Below, piece by piece: positions 1-10,960 of a DNA stretch of 64,000 bases. Within the stretch, counting starts at the first letter, position 1. Each line of letters begins with the position of its first letter. This stretch comes from Chloropicon primus (taxonomy: Eukaryota), in contig CP060755.1 in the NCBI GenBank assembly GCA_023205875.1, positions 806,001-870,000 of the forward strand, written 5' to 3'. Made by a program: the position numbers and the translations under genes. A model generated the notes under the pieces. That model was not told the DNA's origin, made no database searches, and saw nothing but the letters and a program-made list of their open reading frames with translations.

Positions 1-1250
1 CAGGCGCCGCTCTTCTTGTCGCTCTTGGCCTCGATCACTGTCCCTGTCGCGACCGATCCCAGGTCTGATGACAAGTCTATCATCTCGGAAAGGAGCGTTA
101 TTGCGTCCAAGAGGTCGTCGAGACCCATGCCGGTGGGCGCGGCAACTTCCACGCACTGCACGTCCCCGCCGTCCTCTTCCAACTCCACGCCACAGTCCTT
201 CAGCCCCGCCTTGACTTTCTCCGGATTGGCATTCTCCCTGTCGCACTTTGTGATCGCAACGATCAGCGGCGTCCCGGCAGCGGCGGCGTGCGCAAGCGCT
301 TCGTTTGTTTGCGGCTTCACCCCCTCGTCCGCTGCTACCACGATGATAGCAATGTCCGTCACGGCGGCCCCCCTGGCCCTCATTTCGCTGAAAGCTTTGT
401 GGCCCGGGGTGTCCAGGAAGGTCACGAACTCCTCCCCGCTTCGAATCCCTGGTTCTGAGCTGACCCTCTGCGAGGCTTTCTTTTTCGTTTTGCTCTTCTT
501 CTTCTTCTTCGCCTTATTTCCCGCCGGCGCCTCCTCACCGCCGCCTTGGTTCTGAACCCCCACCGCCTTCAGGTCGACGGCAAAGGCTCCAATGTGCTGA
601 GTTATCCCCCCCGCTTCCTTTGCTGCAACGGAAGCAGACCTCAGGGCATCCAGCAGAGTCGTCTTCCCGTGATCAATGTGCCCCATAATCGACACCGTTG
701 GCGCCCTCCGATGCTGCTGCGCCGACCCGGACTCGCCCTCCTCCCCGCTGCCCCTCTCCTCCTCGTTCTCCTCGACGTAGAAACCGAGCTCCGCTGCGGT
801 GATCTCCGCCGCACCCCAGGACAGGTACACGTCATTCGACTTGGGAAGCTCGCCGAGGTCGTCCAGCGTCGACCTCACGACCTCCAAGTCCGTGCTCAGG
901 AGCTTGGACAACTTATTGACAGTGACCCGAGCCGGCAGGCGCACCACCAACTGCGTCTGTGCCCCCGAGTACTGCCGGAGCTGGCCACTGAGCGCACCCC
1001 GAAGCGTGGAGGACGCCGCGATTCCTCTCCCCACCTCGAAGCGCCGCGCGGCCACCTCCCTCCGCGAGCTCGTCGACGGCGTCTCCCCAGCAGCTGCCGA
1101 CGAACCCACCCACCTCGTTGCCAAGCCCAGTGCTCCCTCCCCGCACACCCCGGCGTCCTTCCAACAGGGCGACTCCCCCACGATCCTCCTCGTCCCCCTC
1201 ACCACTTGGCGCAGCACCTGAAGCCCCACCTCCCTCCCCAGTCCTCCCAT
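1..1250 (-). CDS. infB: Translation initiation factor IF-2, probably mitochondrial (5' part; continues beyond the left edge)
   Basis: Absent from the ORF track. Manual minus-strand translation from the ATG at 1250 gives G1 'TVSIMGHIDHGKTTLLDAL', G2 'EAGGITQHIGAF', G3 'FLDTPGHKAFSEMRARGAAVTDIAIIVVAADEGVKPQT' and G4 'TKCD'. The Arg-rich N-terminus ends in 'LRQYS', an R-3 mitochondrial cleavage-like motif. Confidence 0.93.
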   Translation of the reverse strand, partial: MGGLGREVGLQVLRQVVRGTRRIVGESPCWKDAGVCGEGALGLATRWVGSSAAAGETPSTSSRREVAARRFEVGRGIAASSTLRGALSGQLRQYSGAQTQLVVRLPARVTVNKLSKLLSTDLEVVRSTLDDLGELPKSNDVYLSWGAAEITAAELGFYVEENEEERGSGEEGESGSAQQHRRAPTVSIMGHIDHGKTTLLDALRSASVAAKEAGGITQHIGAFAVDLKAVGVQNQGGGEEAPAGNKAKKKKKSKTKKKASQRVSSEPGIRSGEEFVTFLDTPGHKAFSEMRARGAAVTDIAIIVVAADEGVKPQTNEALAHAAAAGTPLIVAITKCDRENANPEKVKAGLKDCGVELEEDGGDVQCVEVAAPTGMGLDDLLDAITLLSEMIDLSSDLGSVATGTVIEAKSDKKSGA

Positions 1251-1504
1251 CCTCCCACCAGCAGCAACAAAACTAACCCAACAACAAACACCTCCGAGGT
1301 TCCTTTCGAGTGAGGCCTCGTTCGAAAGACCGCGACAAGGACAACAACAAGGATAAGAGGAAACAAAGGTAAACGAAGAGAATTCCACCTCCCAACCCTT
1401 CCCACTCCCCCTCGAGTCGACCTCGACAAACAAACCAAACCAAACCAAACCAAACGCAAAAGCGATCGATCCAAAAGATGGTCTCTCTCTGCTCCTGGGC
1501 TCTC

Positions 1505-1552
1505 CGTTAATTTTCCATGAACGGACTCATACCGAGTCATGGAAAATTAACG
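1505..1552. repeat. Perfect 16-bp inverted repeat with a 16-nt spacer in the divergent IF-2/GPAT promoter
   Basis: CGTTAATTTTCCATGA (1505-1520) and its exact reverse complement TCATGGAAAATTAACG (1537-1552). Confidence 0.9.
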
Positions 1553-1687
1553 TCTCTAGGAGTATATGTGGAATTAATGTCTCCCAGTGAAAGACATTTG
1601 GTGGTTTGAGAATCGAGTGGCTGAGAGAGAGAGAGAGAGGAGAGCGTTTGAGGGGACTGGACTGGAGGCTTTGGGTTGTGGGTTGGG

Positions 1688-3223
1688 ATGAGGGTGACGA
1701 CGAGCGCGACGAGGGGGAGGGTGTTCCTCCCTGCCGGGGGGAAGGGAAGGGGATCGACGAGGTGGAGGCGGAAGGTGACCGAGGTGGGGGCTTCAACGCC
1801 CTCGCCCAAGGCCCGAGGGAGTCAGAGCCAGAGCCAGAGCCAGAGGCAGAGGAGGGGGAGTCTGGCCGTGGTTGCGTCGACGAGTGAGGTGCAGGAGCCT
1901 TCCCCGAGGGTGGCGAAGCTGACGGATGCCATGAGGGCCCTGTTCGCGGGCTGGTCGAAGGTGGTGACGAGCGCGCTCTCGAACGTCTCGGCGAAGCGGG
2001 TGCTCTTCGCCGTGGCAGCCAAGCTGAAGCTCTGGAGGGTCCCCCTGCTGCCCTTCCTCACCACCGGCAAGCACCTCATTGGTTTGGTGAACGCCATAGC
2101 TGCGATGGGAGCGATATCCAGGAAGACGGCCAACACTTTCGAGGGCCTCTTCAACAACTACAGGAACGCCGTGGTCGGCCAGAGCGAGGGCGTGGACGAC
2201 GCAAAGGTGGTGCACATCATGAAGCAGATCCTGAGGTGCGTCTTCAAGGAGTTTGTCGACCCCTACGAGTTTCCTTCCTACCACGACCGCATCCTGGAGC
2301 CTTACGATTACTACCAGTTCGGCCAGGAGTACGTGAGGTGCATGACGGACTTTAACAACTCCTACATCGGGCACGTCGAGCGATTTGAGGAGATCCAGGC
2401 CAAGCTGAAGGCCGGCGAGAACGTCATTCTGCTCGCCAACCACCAGAGCGAAGCGGACCCGGGAGTCTGGGCCCTTATGCTGGAGAAGAGGTTCCCCTAC
2501 CTCGCGGAGAACATCGTTTACGTTGCCGGGGACAGGGTGGTGAGCGATCCGCTTTGCAAGCCCTTCTCCATGGGAAGGAACTTGCTGTGCGTCCACTCGA
2601 AGAAGTACATGGACGAGGACCCGGAGACGAAGCCTGCGAAGATGAAGCAGAACAGGACCACCCTTTCTAAGATGGGGAAGATGCTGTCCCAGGGAGGGAC
2701 TCTCTTGTGGATCGCTCCGAGCGGTGGGCGGGACAGGCCCAACGACGACGGCAAGTGGCTGCCAGCCAAGTTCGACGAGGCGACGGTGGCCCTCATGCAC
2801 ACCCTCGGGTCGAAGGCCAAGAGCAAGACGAACTTCTACCCGTTCGCCATGTGGTCCTACGCCATCATGCCCCCGCCACCAAAGGTGGTCGTTGAGCTTG
2901 GAGAGGAGAGAATCATCAATTTCTCGGGAGTGGGCGTCTCCCTGGCGGAGGCTTTGGACATCGAGAGCATCACAAAGGACGTCAAGGACGACAAGGCGGC
3001 CACCGCCAAGGCTATCACTGAGAAGAGCTGGGAGGAGATGAACAAGGAGTACGTGAAGCTGGACGAGGCTATCTCAACAAGCGCTGGAACTGTGATGGAG
3101 GCCCAAGGGTACGTTCTCCCCGACCGCAGCGTGTCGTATGTCGCGCCCCAAGGAGGGAGCCCCGCGTCGTCGTCGTCGTCGGGAGAGGAGAGGCCCTCCA
3201 CGGACGCGTGGTACTCGTGGTGA
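1688..3223 (+). CDS. ATS1: Plastid glycerol-3-phosphate acyltransferase (soluble GPAT)
   Basis: HX4D motif 'LLANHQSEADP', plus 'YVAGDRVVSDPLCKPFSMGRNLLCVHSKK' and 'WIAPSGGRDRP'. The N-terminus is transit-peptide-like. First ATG at 1688. Confidence 0.95.
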   Translation: MRVTTSATRGRVFLPAGGKGRGSTRWRRKVTEVGASTPSPKARGSQSQSQSQRQRRGSLAVVASTSEVQEPSPRVAKLTDAMRALFAGWSKVVTSALSNVSAKRVLFAVAAKLKLWRVPLLPFLTTGKHLIGLVNAIAAMGAISRKTANTFEGLFNNYRNAVVGQSEGVDDAKVVHIMKQILRCVFKEFVDPYEFPSYHDRILEPYDYYQFGQEYVRCMTDFNNSYIGHVERFEEIQAKLKAGENVILLANHQSEADPGVWALMLEKRFPYLAENIVYVAGDRVVSDPLCKPFSMGRNLLCVHSKKYMDEDPETKPAKMKQNRTTLSKMGKMLSQGGTLLWIAPSGGRDRPNDDGKWLPAKFDEATVALMHTLGSKAKSKTNFYPFAMWSYAIMPPPPKVVVELGEERIINFSGVGVSLAEALDIESITKDVKDDKAATAKAITEKSWEEMNKEYVKLDEAISTSAGTVMEAQGYVLPDRSVSYVAPQGGSPASSSSSGEERPSTDAWYSW

Positions 3224-3301
3224 TCTGCCAGCCGATCGGAAAAAGGGTGTAGGATTCAGAACAGCAACAGGCTACTTTGACGCAAGTGTGTTGCCCGAAG
3301 A

Positions 3302-3326
3302 TGTAAAGAGAGATAAATTTGTTACA
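3302..3326. terminator. Opposed TGTAA polyadenylation signals between convergent genes
   Basis: TGTAA on + at 3302 and on - at 3322-3326. The same chlorophyte-type UGUAA signal lies at or after many stops: + 6512, 23805, 28218, 29308, 41131, 44424; - 10930, 20643, 30796, 55913. Confidence 0.65.
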
Positions 3327-3336
3327 ACATACAAAG

Positions 3337-4718
3337 TTACGCGGCTCTTGAGCTTACATTTTGGAGAAGAACTTTCAGCTCGCTTCTTCCCAAGGCTGTC
3401 TTCACCCGTGCCTCTTGGACCTGAAAGCCCTTTCTCGCAAAGACCTCATACTCGCCCTCGAGCTCTTTGCTTGAGAGCAGCACCTGAAAATCCGGGGCCA
3501 CCGCGCCGCTCTTCACGCAGGGTCCAGGGATGATTTCCTCGATCTCCCCCATCTCGCCAAGGGTCGAGGCCAGCTGCACCATCTCGGGAATCACCCAGTC
3601 TTCGTTCTTCGTCGTGATGTTCTTCATCTCTTGGGCGATCTCGCTCAGCGAAAGCTTGCTCCTGTTGGGCACGAGGGCCTTCATGCTCAGGCTTATCTGG
3701 CCCTTCTCCCGGTCGGCCTTGATCACGACTGCTTGAAGCCTGTCTCCCAACGAGAAGTTGCTGCTGAGCTTCGCCTCGTCGATCATGATGTCCTCGCCTT
3801 GCTCCTCCATCTCGGGCAGCCAAACCTGAGACTTATGTATCAGCGCGTCAATGGCTCCCAGTTTGACAAAAATCCCAAAATGAGTGACGGTCTTCACGTA
3901 GCACTCGACCACGTCACCCCTCTCCGTGACGTCGAAGATTTCGCTAGCGCCGATCTCCTCGGCCTTCTTCTCGGACATCACCACCATGTGCTTCTGGCCA
4001 AACCCTTCGTCGGCCTCGTCCCTCACACCGATGACGCAGACGTCGATGTTCTCTCCCACGAGGGACTTGCCCTTCTTCTGCTTCCTCCTCTCGACCAGCA
4101 CGCTCGCATCGCTGCCGAATCCGACCCACTCCTCCCTGTAGAACTGCCTGGTGTAGGAGCTCAGCTGGGCGACAGGCACGAAGGCCTCGAGGGCGTCGCT
4201 GAACTTGCACACCACACCCGCCTTGTTCAGCCTCAGAATTGGCATGGAGATCTTCTTCTCCGACTGGAGGTACGCGCGAGCCTGGGTCACGAGCGGGGAC
4301 AATTACAATTATTCGAGTCAGTCACGAAACAACAACCAACTTGGAGTGTGGGGGGAGAGACACTCACCAGCTCCAGATCCTTCCTAACGGCCTCTGGGTT
4401 CTTGTCGTCCACAGTCCTGAAAGCGTTGACGGCCTCCGAGTCTTGCGACGAGACGTCAAACGCGGGCTCCTGGATGAGCTCCGGCACCTCCCTCTCGTAC
4501 GTCGACGGCTCAGGTCTCTCCGGCCTCTCGAGCTCTCCGCTGCTCAAGGTGCACCTCAATTGGTGGCAACTCGCTGCCCTTCTTCCCCCCCTGTACCTCC
4601 CTTCCCCCACAGCGAGCACGACGCCACCACTCCTGTTCCCCCTCCTCACGCAAGCCACCTGCCTCGCGGCACCGCATCCCCTCGCCCCTCGGCTTCGAAG
4701 CCCTCCAACTACCCTCAT
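3337..4718 (-). CDS. S1 RNA-binding domain protein (ribosomal protein S1-like, probably plastid); 2 exons
   Basis: S1 motifs 'GDVVECYVKTVTHFGIFVKLGAIDALIHKSQV' and 'AVVIKADREKGQISLSMK'. Exons 4718-4368 and 4281-3337 are joined by a phase-0 GTGAGT...CTGAC...CAG intron (4367-4282). Confidence 0.85.
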
Positions 4719-5465
4719 CTCTCACACGGCACACACACGGCACGCACGGCCCCCTCTCCCCTCTCCCCTGTGAACAATGCAATTCCTATGGAAGGGCGTG
4801 AAATCCTCCTCACTGGGTGGTTTCTCACAAAAGAGGCCTCTTTCGAAAGCTCAAGAGATGTTCTTTCGATCCACGTGACCCTCCTCTTCCCTCAACCCCG
4901 AACCTCTCCGCCCTTTGCTTTCCTTTCTCTCTCTCTCTCTCTCCCCTGCTCCGCTTCTCCGCTCACGATAAGGCTCTCTCATTTTCTTCGCCGCCGGAAA
5001 TGTTGTACACCTTTCCATACGGGAACATTAGATCTTTCCAGCACCAGCCTCGATCGATCGATCGTCTGCGTCGACTTCGTGGACACCAGGGCTCGACGAG
5101 AGGGGGATCGGATCGATCGCGAAAGGGGGAGGGAGGGCGAGGACGAGGGAAGGGGAAGCAGGAAGCGTGTCCAGCTGAATCCTTGTCTTTTAATCTTTCG
5201 AACGTGCCGTCGCTCGAAGGAAACGACGTTCTGGTGAGGATTCGACCAAGGTTTTCCAACGGGATTACTTCAGGGGAGTGGATTGAGCGAGGCGAGAGAG
5301 GTTCGGGCGACGATAGGACGGTGCAGGAGGAGGAGGGGACGAAGGGGAAGTGATCTGGAATCCTTCGCCGAAGAAACTTCTCGGGACCTTTCGATTGATA
5401 CCTCGTTTGACCTCCTTTCGCCCAGCTCGTGGAGGAGAGGAGAGAGACCGGAGGGGGCAGTGATC

Positions 5466-6506
5466 ATGATGAGGACGACGAGGATGAGGACGAGGAGTCC
5501 CCGGCCTAGGCCAGCGCAGGAGGGGGTGAGGAGGTGCGGTGGGGCGGGATTGGTGAGGGCTCGTCGTGGCTCCCCCTCCTCCTCCTCCTCCTCCTCGGGT
5601 GGTGGGGAGGATCCGGGGACGACGGGGAGGAGTCGACGGGTGGTCGGCATCGGCCTCCTGCCTTCGTTGCTGCTGATGACGACAACAGCGATGCCGTCGA
5701 GTGGGGGCGAGGTCGAGACTGTTACGATAAAGCCGGAGCTTTTGCCCGACTTTACTTCCTTCGACAGGAGCGATCCTGACCTCAGGAGGGTGTACGAGAT
5801 GATCCAAGGGGCTCTCCGCGCGGAGAACGTCGTGGAGGAGGAGGCCAGGTGGACCGAAGTGATTGAGAGGTACGGGTCGAACGGCTCGAACTGGGCGAAT
5901 GACGCGGTGGGCCGGGCCTACGGCAACAGGGGGAACTGCCGCTCGCGCCAAGGCAGGTTCGAGGAGGCGATCGGGGACTACAACAAGTCGATAGAGCTTT
6001 GTCCCTACAGCGTCGACCCGGTGCTGAACCGCGGGGTGGCGTACGAGGGCATCAAAGAGTACAAACTGGCCATCGAGGACTACAAGGCAGTGCTTGACGT
6101 TAGCCCGTCCGATCCCGCGGCGTGGAACAACTTTGGCAACGCGAACGCCGCGCTCCAGAATTGGGAGGTTGCCGAAGACGCTTTCAAGAAGGCGACGAGC
6201 ATGTCCGACGTCAATTTCTTTTCCTTTGCCGCCGTAAACTACTCGATCGTCCTCTTCCAGCGCGGCAAGGACGAAGAAGCCATCCGGGAGCTCAGGAAGA
6301 TTCTGATCAAGTACCCAAGCTTCACGGACGCGAGGGCGGCGTTGGCGGTCGCGCTGTGGCTGAATGGAGACCGGAGTGGGGCCGAGACCGCTTGGTACCG
6401 CGTCGAAGACTCGAGATACGCGGACACTGTCTGGTTGACCGAACTTCGCCACTGGCCCCCGCGGCTTGTGCAGGGAATGAAAGATTTCCGAACCATTTCC
6501 ACTTGA
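5466..6506 (+). CDS. Tetratricopeptide-repeat protein with a bipartite plastid/lumen-type presequence
   Basis: TPR units 'AYGNRGNCRSRQGRFEEAIGDYNKSIEL', 'LNRGVAYEG' and 'AAWNNFGNA'. The N-terminus is Arg/Ser-rich followed by a hydrophobic stretch. The start codon is uncertain. Confidence 0.85.
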   Translation: MMRTTRMRTRSPRPRPAQEGVRRCGGAGLVRARRGSPSSSSSSSGGGEDPGTTGRSRRVVGIGLLPSLLLMTTTAMPSSGGEVETVTIKPELLPDFTSFDRSDPDLRRVYEMIQGALRAENVVEEEARWTEVIERYGSNGSNWANDAVGRAYGNRGNCRSRQGRFEEAIGDYNKSIELCPYSVDPVLNRGVAYEGIKEYKLAIEDYKAVLDVSPSDPAAWNNFGNANAALQNWEVAEDAFKKATSMSDVNFFSFAAVNYSIVLFQRGKDEEAIRELRKILIKYPSFTDARAALAVALWLNGDRSGAETAWYRVEDSRYADTVWLTELRHWPPRLVQGMKDFRTIST

Positions 6507-6721
6507 TCTTCTGTAACGCCTTTGCGGTGTATTAAATTACTCGGGTGTCATTGCTTCCGGCCTCCTCTTCCCTCCCATTCGCTGAACGACGCCGCCTCAA
6601 CGCTCGATCGGCTCCGCAGGCGTGCGGCGGATGCAACCCCTCCATTCATCGCGCCGGTGCGACCCAAAATCGGAGTGAACCGCGAGGGCGGTCCGCGCAG
6701 CTTGCCAAAACTCCGCGCGGC

Positions 6722-7732
6722 TCAAGCCACTCTCAAGAAAACGTTGTACGCCAGCAGGTACGCGAGCAGCGACAGACCAAGCGTGGCAGTCATGCACGCG
6801 ATCAGAGCAAAGTAGTACCGGTGCTTTCGGCGCCTGCCCTTTCCTTCCCCAAACTTCCCGCTCTGCTCTTTTTTGATTCTTTGGATTTCGTCCGGGTAGG
6901 CCCACTTCATGGTCTCGCACAGCCGATCCCAGTGAGTGAAGTACAAGCTGAAGTTCTTGTTCGGAAACTGGTGGTGCATGTTGTGGTAGAGCACGGTGTT
7001 CAGCCCCTTCGCCACCCGATCACCGTGGAACACGATCCACAAAAGTTGCTCCAGACTCGGCACGAGGGGATGAAGCTCGTACGAGGCGTGGCCCCCAATG
7101 TGTATCAGAGTTGTGTAGAGGTGATACAGCCGGTGGAGGTTCACGTGCATCGGAAACAGAAAGCAAACGATGACCTCGTCGAAGAAGACGATGAGGGCCT
7201 CGACCACGTGCAGGGAATACCCAGAAAACGGCGTGGGGTCCCTCGACTGGTGGTGCAGGTAGTGAACGTTGAGGTACAGCCACCTGTTCCTGTGCATCAA
7301 CAAGTGAGTGAAGTAGAACCACGTGTCGTGCAGGGCATCCAGCAGGAGCACCGTGCAGGCCACGAGGATGGCCTGCGCCGGGAGGGACGTCCCAAAACCC
7401 AGGGCGCCGTCGTAGAGAAGCCCTAACCCCAAACCGTGAATTTTCTCGACTGCGCAGAAAACCGCGGCCTTCACCGCGATTGGCCCGATCGACAGGAGCG
7501 ACTCCCGCAGAATCTGCTGCCGCTTCGTCCTCCTCGAGGACTCGGGTTTGGCCTTCCGCGCGCCAGGAGCCACCGGAGTCACCGGGCTTGCGAAGCGAGG
7601 GATCAGGGAATGCACCGCCAACGCGCCGACGTAGTAAACGGAGCACAGCTGAAGCATCGCGACCGGGAAGCCTCCGCCCACGAGGGGTGGCACCTTCAGC
7701 GAACCTACGCCTAGGCCTTCCAACGACTCCAT
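6722..7732 (-). CDS. Fatty-acid hydroxylase/sterol desaturase family protein (sterol C5-desaturase-like)
   Basis: His boxes 'WFYFTHLLMH', 'VHYLHHQS', 'HIGGH' and 'HNMHH', followed by 'NFSLYFTHWDRLCET', with hydrophobic segments. Confidence 0.88.
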   Translation of the reverse strand: MESLEGLGVGSLKVPPLVGGGFPVAMLQLCSVYYVGALAVHSLIPRFASPVTPVAPGARKAKPESSRRTKRQQILRESLLSIGPIAVKAAVFCAVEKIHGLGLGLLYDGALGFGTSLPAQAILVACTVLLLDALHDTWFYFTHLLMHRNRWLYLNVHYLHHQSRDPTPFSGYSLHVVEALIVFFDEVIVCFLFPMHVNLHRLYHLYTTLIHIGGHASYELHPLVPSLEQLLWIVFHGDRVAKGLNTVLYHNMHHQFPNKNFSLYFTHWDRLCETMKWAYPDEIQRIKKEQSGKFGEGKGRRRKHRYYFALIACMTATLGLSLLAYLLAYNVFLRVA

Positions 7733-7929
7733 CACGCCTCCGCCGCCTCTCACTTTCGGTTACCGACGAAGAAACCGTTTCGTTCCGTCCCTCGATTCGA
7801 CCTCTTTTTCAAAAAAAAAGCATGTTGGCCCCGGAGGGAAGGGGGATGGACCCAGCAAAAGGGGGGTCATTCTTTGACATATAGACTACAACGATGGATT
7901 TTTTGATGGATGGATTGATAAAAAAAAAG

Positions 7930-9865
7930 TCAGAAGCCCATGGCGCACCCATCCGCCCTCGGGTCCGAGCCTGCGGTGAGAACGCCTGACTTTGGATCCC
8001 TCCGGATAATTTGGCCCCTTCCGAACATGGAGCGCTTCATGCCCTGCACCTGGGAGACAACTTGGTGCCCCCTCGACCGCAGGTCCTCCGCCACGGGCTC
8101 CGGGATCAGGCTCTCCAAGAACACCTTCGGCATCTTGCCGGATATGGTGTCGAAGATGTTCTCCCCGATGCTGTAGTCAGCGATGCTGACGAAGAAACGA
8201 GGTTGGTCGAGGGCTTGTTGGGGGTCCATGCCGAGATCGAGCATGTTCCGGAGGACTTGGGCGTGGCCCTGGGGCTGCATGAACCCCCCCATCACCCCGA
8301 AGGTCCCATAAAGGGACTCGCCGCCAGGGTAAGTCGCCAGGCCTGGAATGATGGTGTGGTAAGGCCTCTTCGAGGGTCCGATGGTGTTTGGATGGCTCCC
8401 GTGGCTCAGGGGCGTAAAGCCGTGCCCCCTGTTCTGCATGGAGAAGCCGCAATCCTTCGGCACGATCCCCGTCCCGAAGCTCATGTAGTTCGAATTGATC
8501 ATCGAGCAACCGTTTCCCCACCGATCCACGGCGCAGAAGTAGACCGTGTCGTGGGAAGCCCCGAGGGCGTTTCTCACCCTGTCCGGGTCGTCCAAATCCG
8601 AAGCGGCCGCGGCCGCGGACTCCGAGACGCTGGCGGCCTTCAAACGAGCGAACCGCTTCGAAGTGAGCTGACTGATGTTGTGCCAGTGATCGCTGGAGTC
8701 CTTCTCGTCCCCGAACTGCTGAGGGTCTCCGATGTGCTTGACGGCCTCCGCGAACGCGCATCTCACGCACTCGATATCGAGGTGGAGGCGATCCGCGCTC
8801 ATCGCCTTGTGGTGCAGCTGCCTGTTGTAGCTCTCCGTCCCGTTGAAGGCGGCTTTCTCCTCCATCAGGTTCAGCGCCATCAGCGCGACTATGCCTTGAG
8901 TCGGTGGGGGCACCTCGTACACCTCGATGCCCCGGAAGGTGCTCATGATCGGGTCCCGGAGCTCGCTCGAGTGGGACTTCAGGTCCGCCAGGCTCATCAC
9001 GCCGCCCCTCGAGCACACGGCCTCCACGATCCTCTTGCCGATCCAACCGGTGTAAAACCCCTCCTTGCCCTCCTCCGCGAGGGTGTCGAACACTTTCGCC
9101 AGCCTCGGGTTCTTGAACACCTCCCCCGCCTTGGGGGCCCTATACGCCCCACCCTTGTCCCGGATCAGCAGGTCCTCCCCGCTCGTCTCGGACTCGAGGA
9201 GCTGGTAAGAGCTCGCCTGCCAGCAGTGCGCCGTGATCGGGGAAACGGGAAACCCGCTCCTGGCGAGATCCGTTGCAGGCTCCAGCAGGTCCGACATCTT
9301 CATGGTTCCGAAGGTTTTAGCCACATCGCACCAGCACGCTGCCGCGCCAGGCACCGTCACGTTCAGGGCGTTCTGCGGCGGTATCCCCGACTCGAATCCC
9401 CTGTCCCGGATGAGACCCTCCTCGAGACCCGCTGGACTCCTTCCGTTCCCCAAAATACACTTCACCTCCTTGGTCTCTTGGTTGTAGAACAGGCAGAAAG
9501 CATCTCCTCCTATCCCAGTGGAGCACGGCTCGGTCACGTTCAAGGCAGCCGCCATCGCCACACACGCGTCCGCCGCGTTCCCTCCCTTCAAGAGATGACA
9601 CCGGACACGAATTCGTCATCCATTAAAAAAAAACCAAGCAAGCAAGGAAGAATCCCTCGTCAGAAGAAGCAAAACAAAACAAACATCCTCATCCTCCTCT
9701 TCCTCATCCCAAAGGTGGGTGACGTACCTTTCGAAGTATGGCAAGTCCTGCCTCCGTAGCGAGTGGCTGGGAGGAGGAGCACATCCCTCGGGTTCCGTAC
9801 ATCGGGGACCTCCGTGAGTTGAACCCCATGTCCCCATCGGTGTACTGCTTCGCGAACACACTCAT
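7930..9865 (-). CDS. GGT: Gamma-glutamyltranspeptidase (Ntn hydrolase); 2 exons
   Basis: Exon 1 'MSVFAKQ...SSSQPLATEAGLAILRK' (9865-9728), intron GTACGT...AAG (9727-9586), then exon 2 'GGNAADA...TGIGGDAF'. Nucleophile region 'HDTVYF', plus 'RPYHTIIP', 'GVMGGFMQPQGH' and 'GSDPRADG'. Confidence 0.95.
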
Positions 9866-9995
9866 CCTCCTCCCTCCTCGGCTCCTCTGCCACTTCTCTC
9901 TCCTCCCTCGATTCCCTAGCTCTAGCATATAGTGTACAAAATAGTACACTCATAAAACATCAATAAGATCTTATCCATTAAACAGAGAGCCCGGG

Positions 9996-10262
9996 GGTCT
10001 GGTCTGGGGGAGGGGCGGTTATTGAAGGGGGAGGGACGGTTGTTGAAGGGAATCGTGGAGGGCGGAGGTCCTGCCACTCGATAGATCGTCTCGCGGGCTT
10101 TCCACTGGTACCGGTCTTGGCCTGGTTCGGAAAGGAACGAGGCAGGGGAGAGGAGAGGAACCGTGTTGGAGGAGGGGAAGGCGTGGTCTGGTCTGGGGAG
10201 GGGCGGTTGTTGAAGGGGGTTGTGGAGGGCGGGGGTCGTGCCACTCGATAGATCGTCTCGCG
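9996..10262. repeat. Degenerate direct duplication in a divergent promoter
   Basis: GTCTGGTCTGGGG...GGGGCGGTT..TTGAAGGG...GTGGAGGGCGG.GGTC.TGCCACTCGATAGATCGTCTCGCG occurs at ~9996-10095 and ~10186-10262. The core CCACTCGATAGATCGTCTCGCG lies at 10074 and 10241. Confidence 0.8.
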
Positions 10263-10269
10263 AGAGGGG

Positions 10270-10882
10270 ATGGGGATGATGTTGCACGGGCGCGGTGGTC
10301 GGGTGGTCGGGCTGGAGAGCCCCCGCGTTCCTCCCCTGTCCGTGAGGAGGAGCCAACGGTGCTGTGGGAGGAAAGGCTTCTTCGAGTGGTGGAAGAGCTC
10401 CGACGAGGACGCAAGTCGGTTCGGAGAAAAAGCCAAGGAGAAAATGCATCAGCAGCAGCTGGAGATGTGAGTTTTTGAGCTTGGCGCGCACCCTGCGCAG
10501 GATAGACCCGCACCCTTGGCTGACTGAGTGACTGACCGTGTTTCTCTCCCTTCGTCTTCGTCGCAGTCTGCGGGCGAGGAAGGACAAAGCCAAGGGGGCG
10601 CAGAACGCCGAGCGCGTGAAGCAGAGGAGGGCAGAGGTGTCCAAAATGATGCGGAAGAAACCGAAGCGGGGGGACGAGAAGAAGGAGCCGCGAGTCCAGA
10701 AGTACGACGAGCCGGAAAACAGCATTCCGATACCGATGGCGTCCTTCGGAATTCCAAAGTACGACGGGGGCGAGCGGTTCGATCTGGCCGCGCCATATTG
10801 CGACGAGGGTTATGTCGACGAGGAGGCGGACGTGATGAAGAAGCTCCTGGGCTTCTTCAAGGGGGGGGCGAAGGAGGATTGA
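10270..10882 (+). CDS. Small hypothetical protein, probably plastid-targeted; 2 exons
   Basis: Exon 1 10270-10466, a GTGAGT...CTGAC...CAG intron 10467-10566, and exon 2 in frame ending 'ERFDLAAPYCDEGYVDEEADVMKKLLGFFKGGAKED'. Codon usage is coding-like. Confidence 0.7.
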
Positions 10883-10960
10883 ACTTCAAGAAGAACGATG
10901 GTAACCTTCGCCTTGCCAGTTCTGAATGTTTACATTTTGCACATTCTCTCTCTCTCTCTC

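Noticed and set aside
16..1313. Plus-strand ORFs 16-555 and 546-1313, and many similar long antisense ORFs (e.g. 8011-9759, 45843-47129, 62356-63624)
   Set aside because: They are shadows of high-GC3 genes on the opposite strand and carry no protein motifs.
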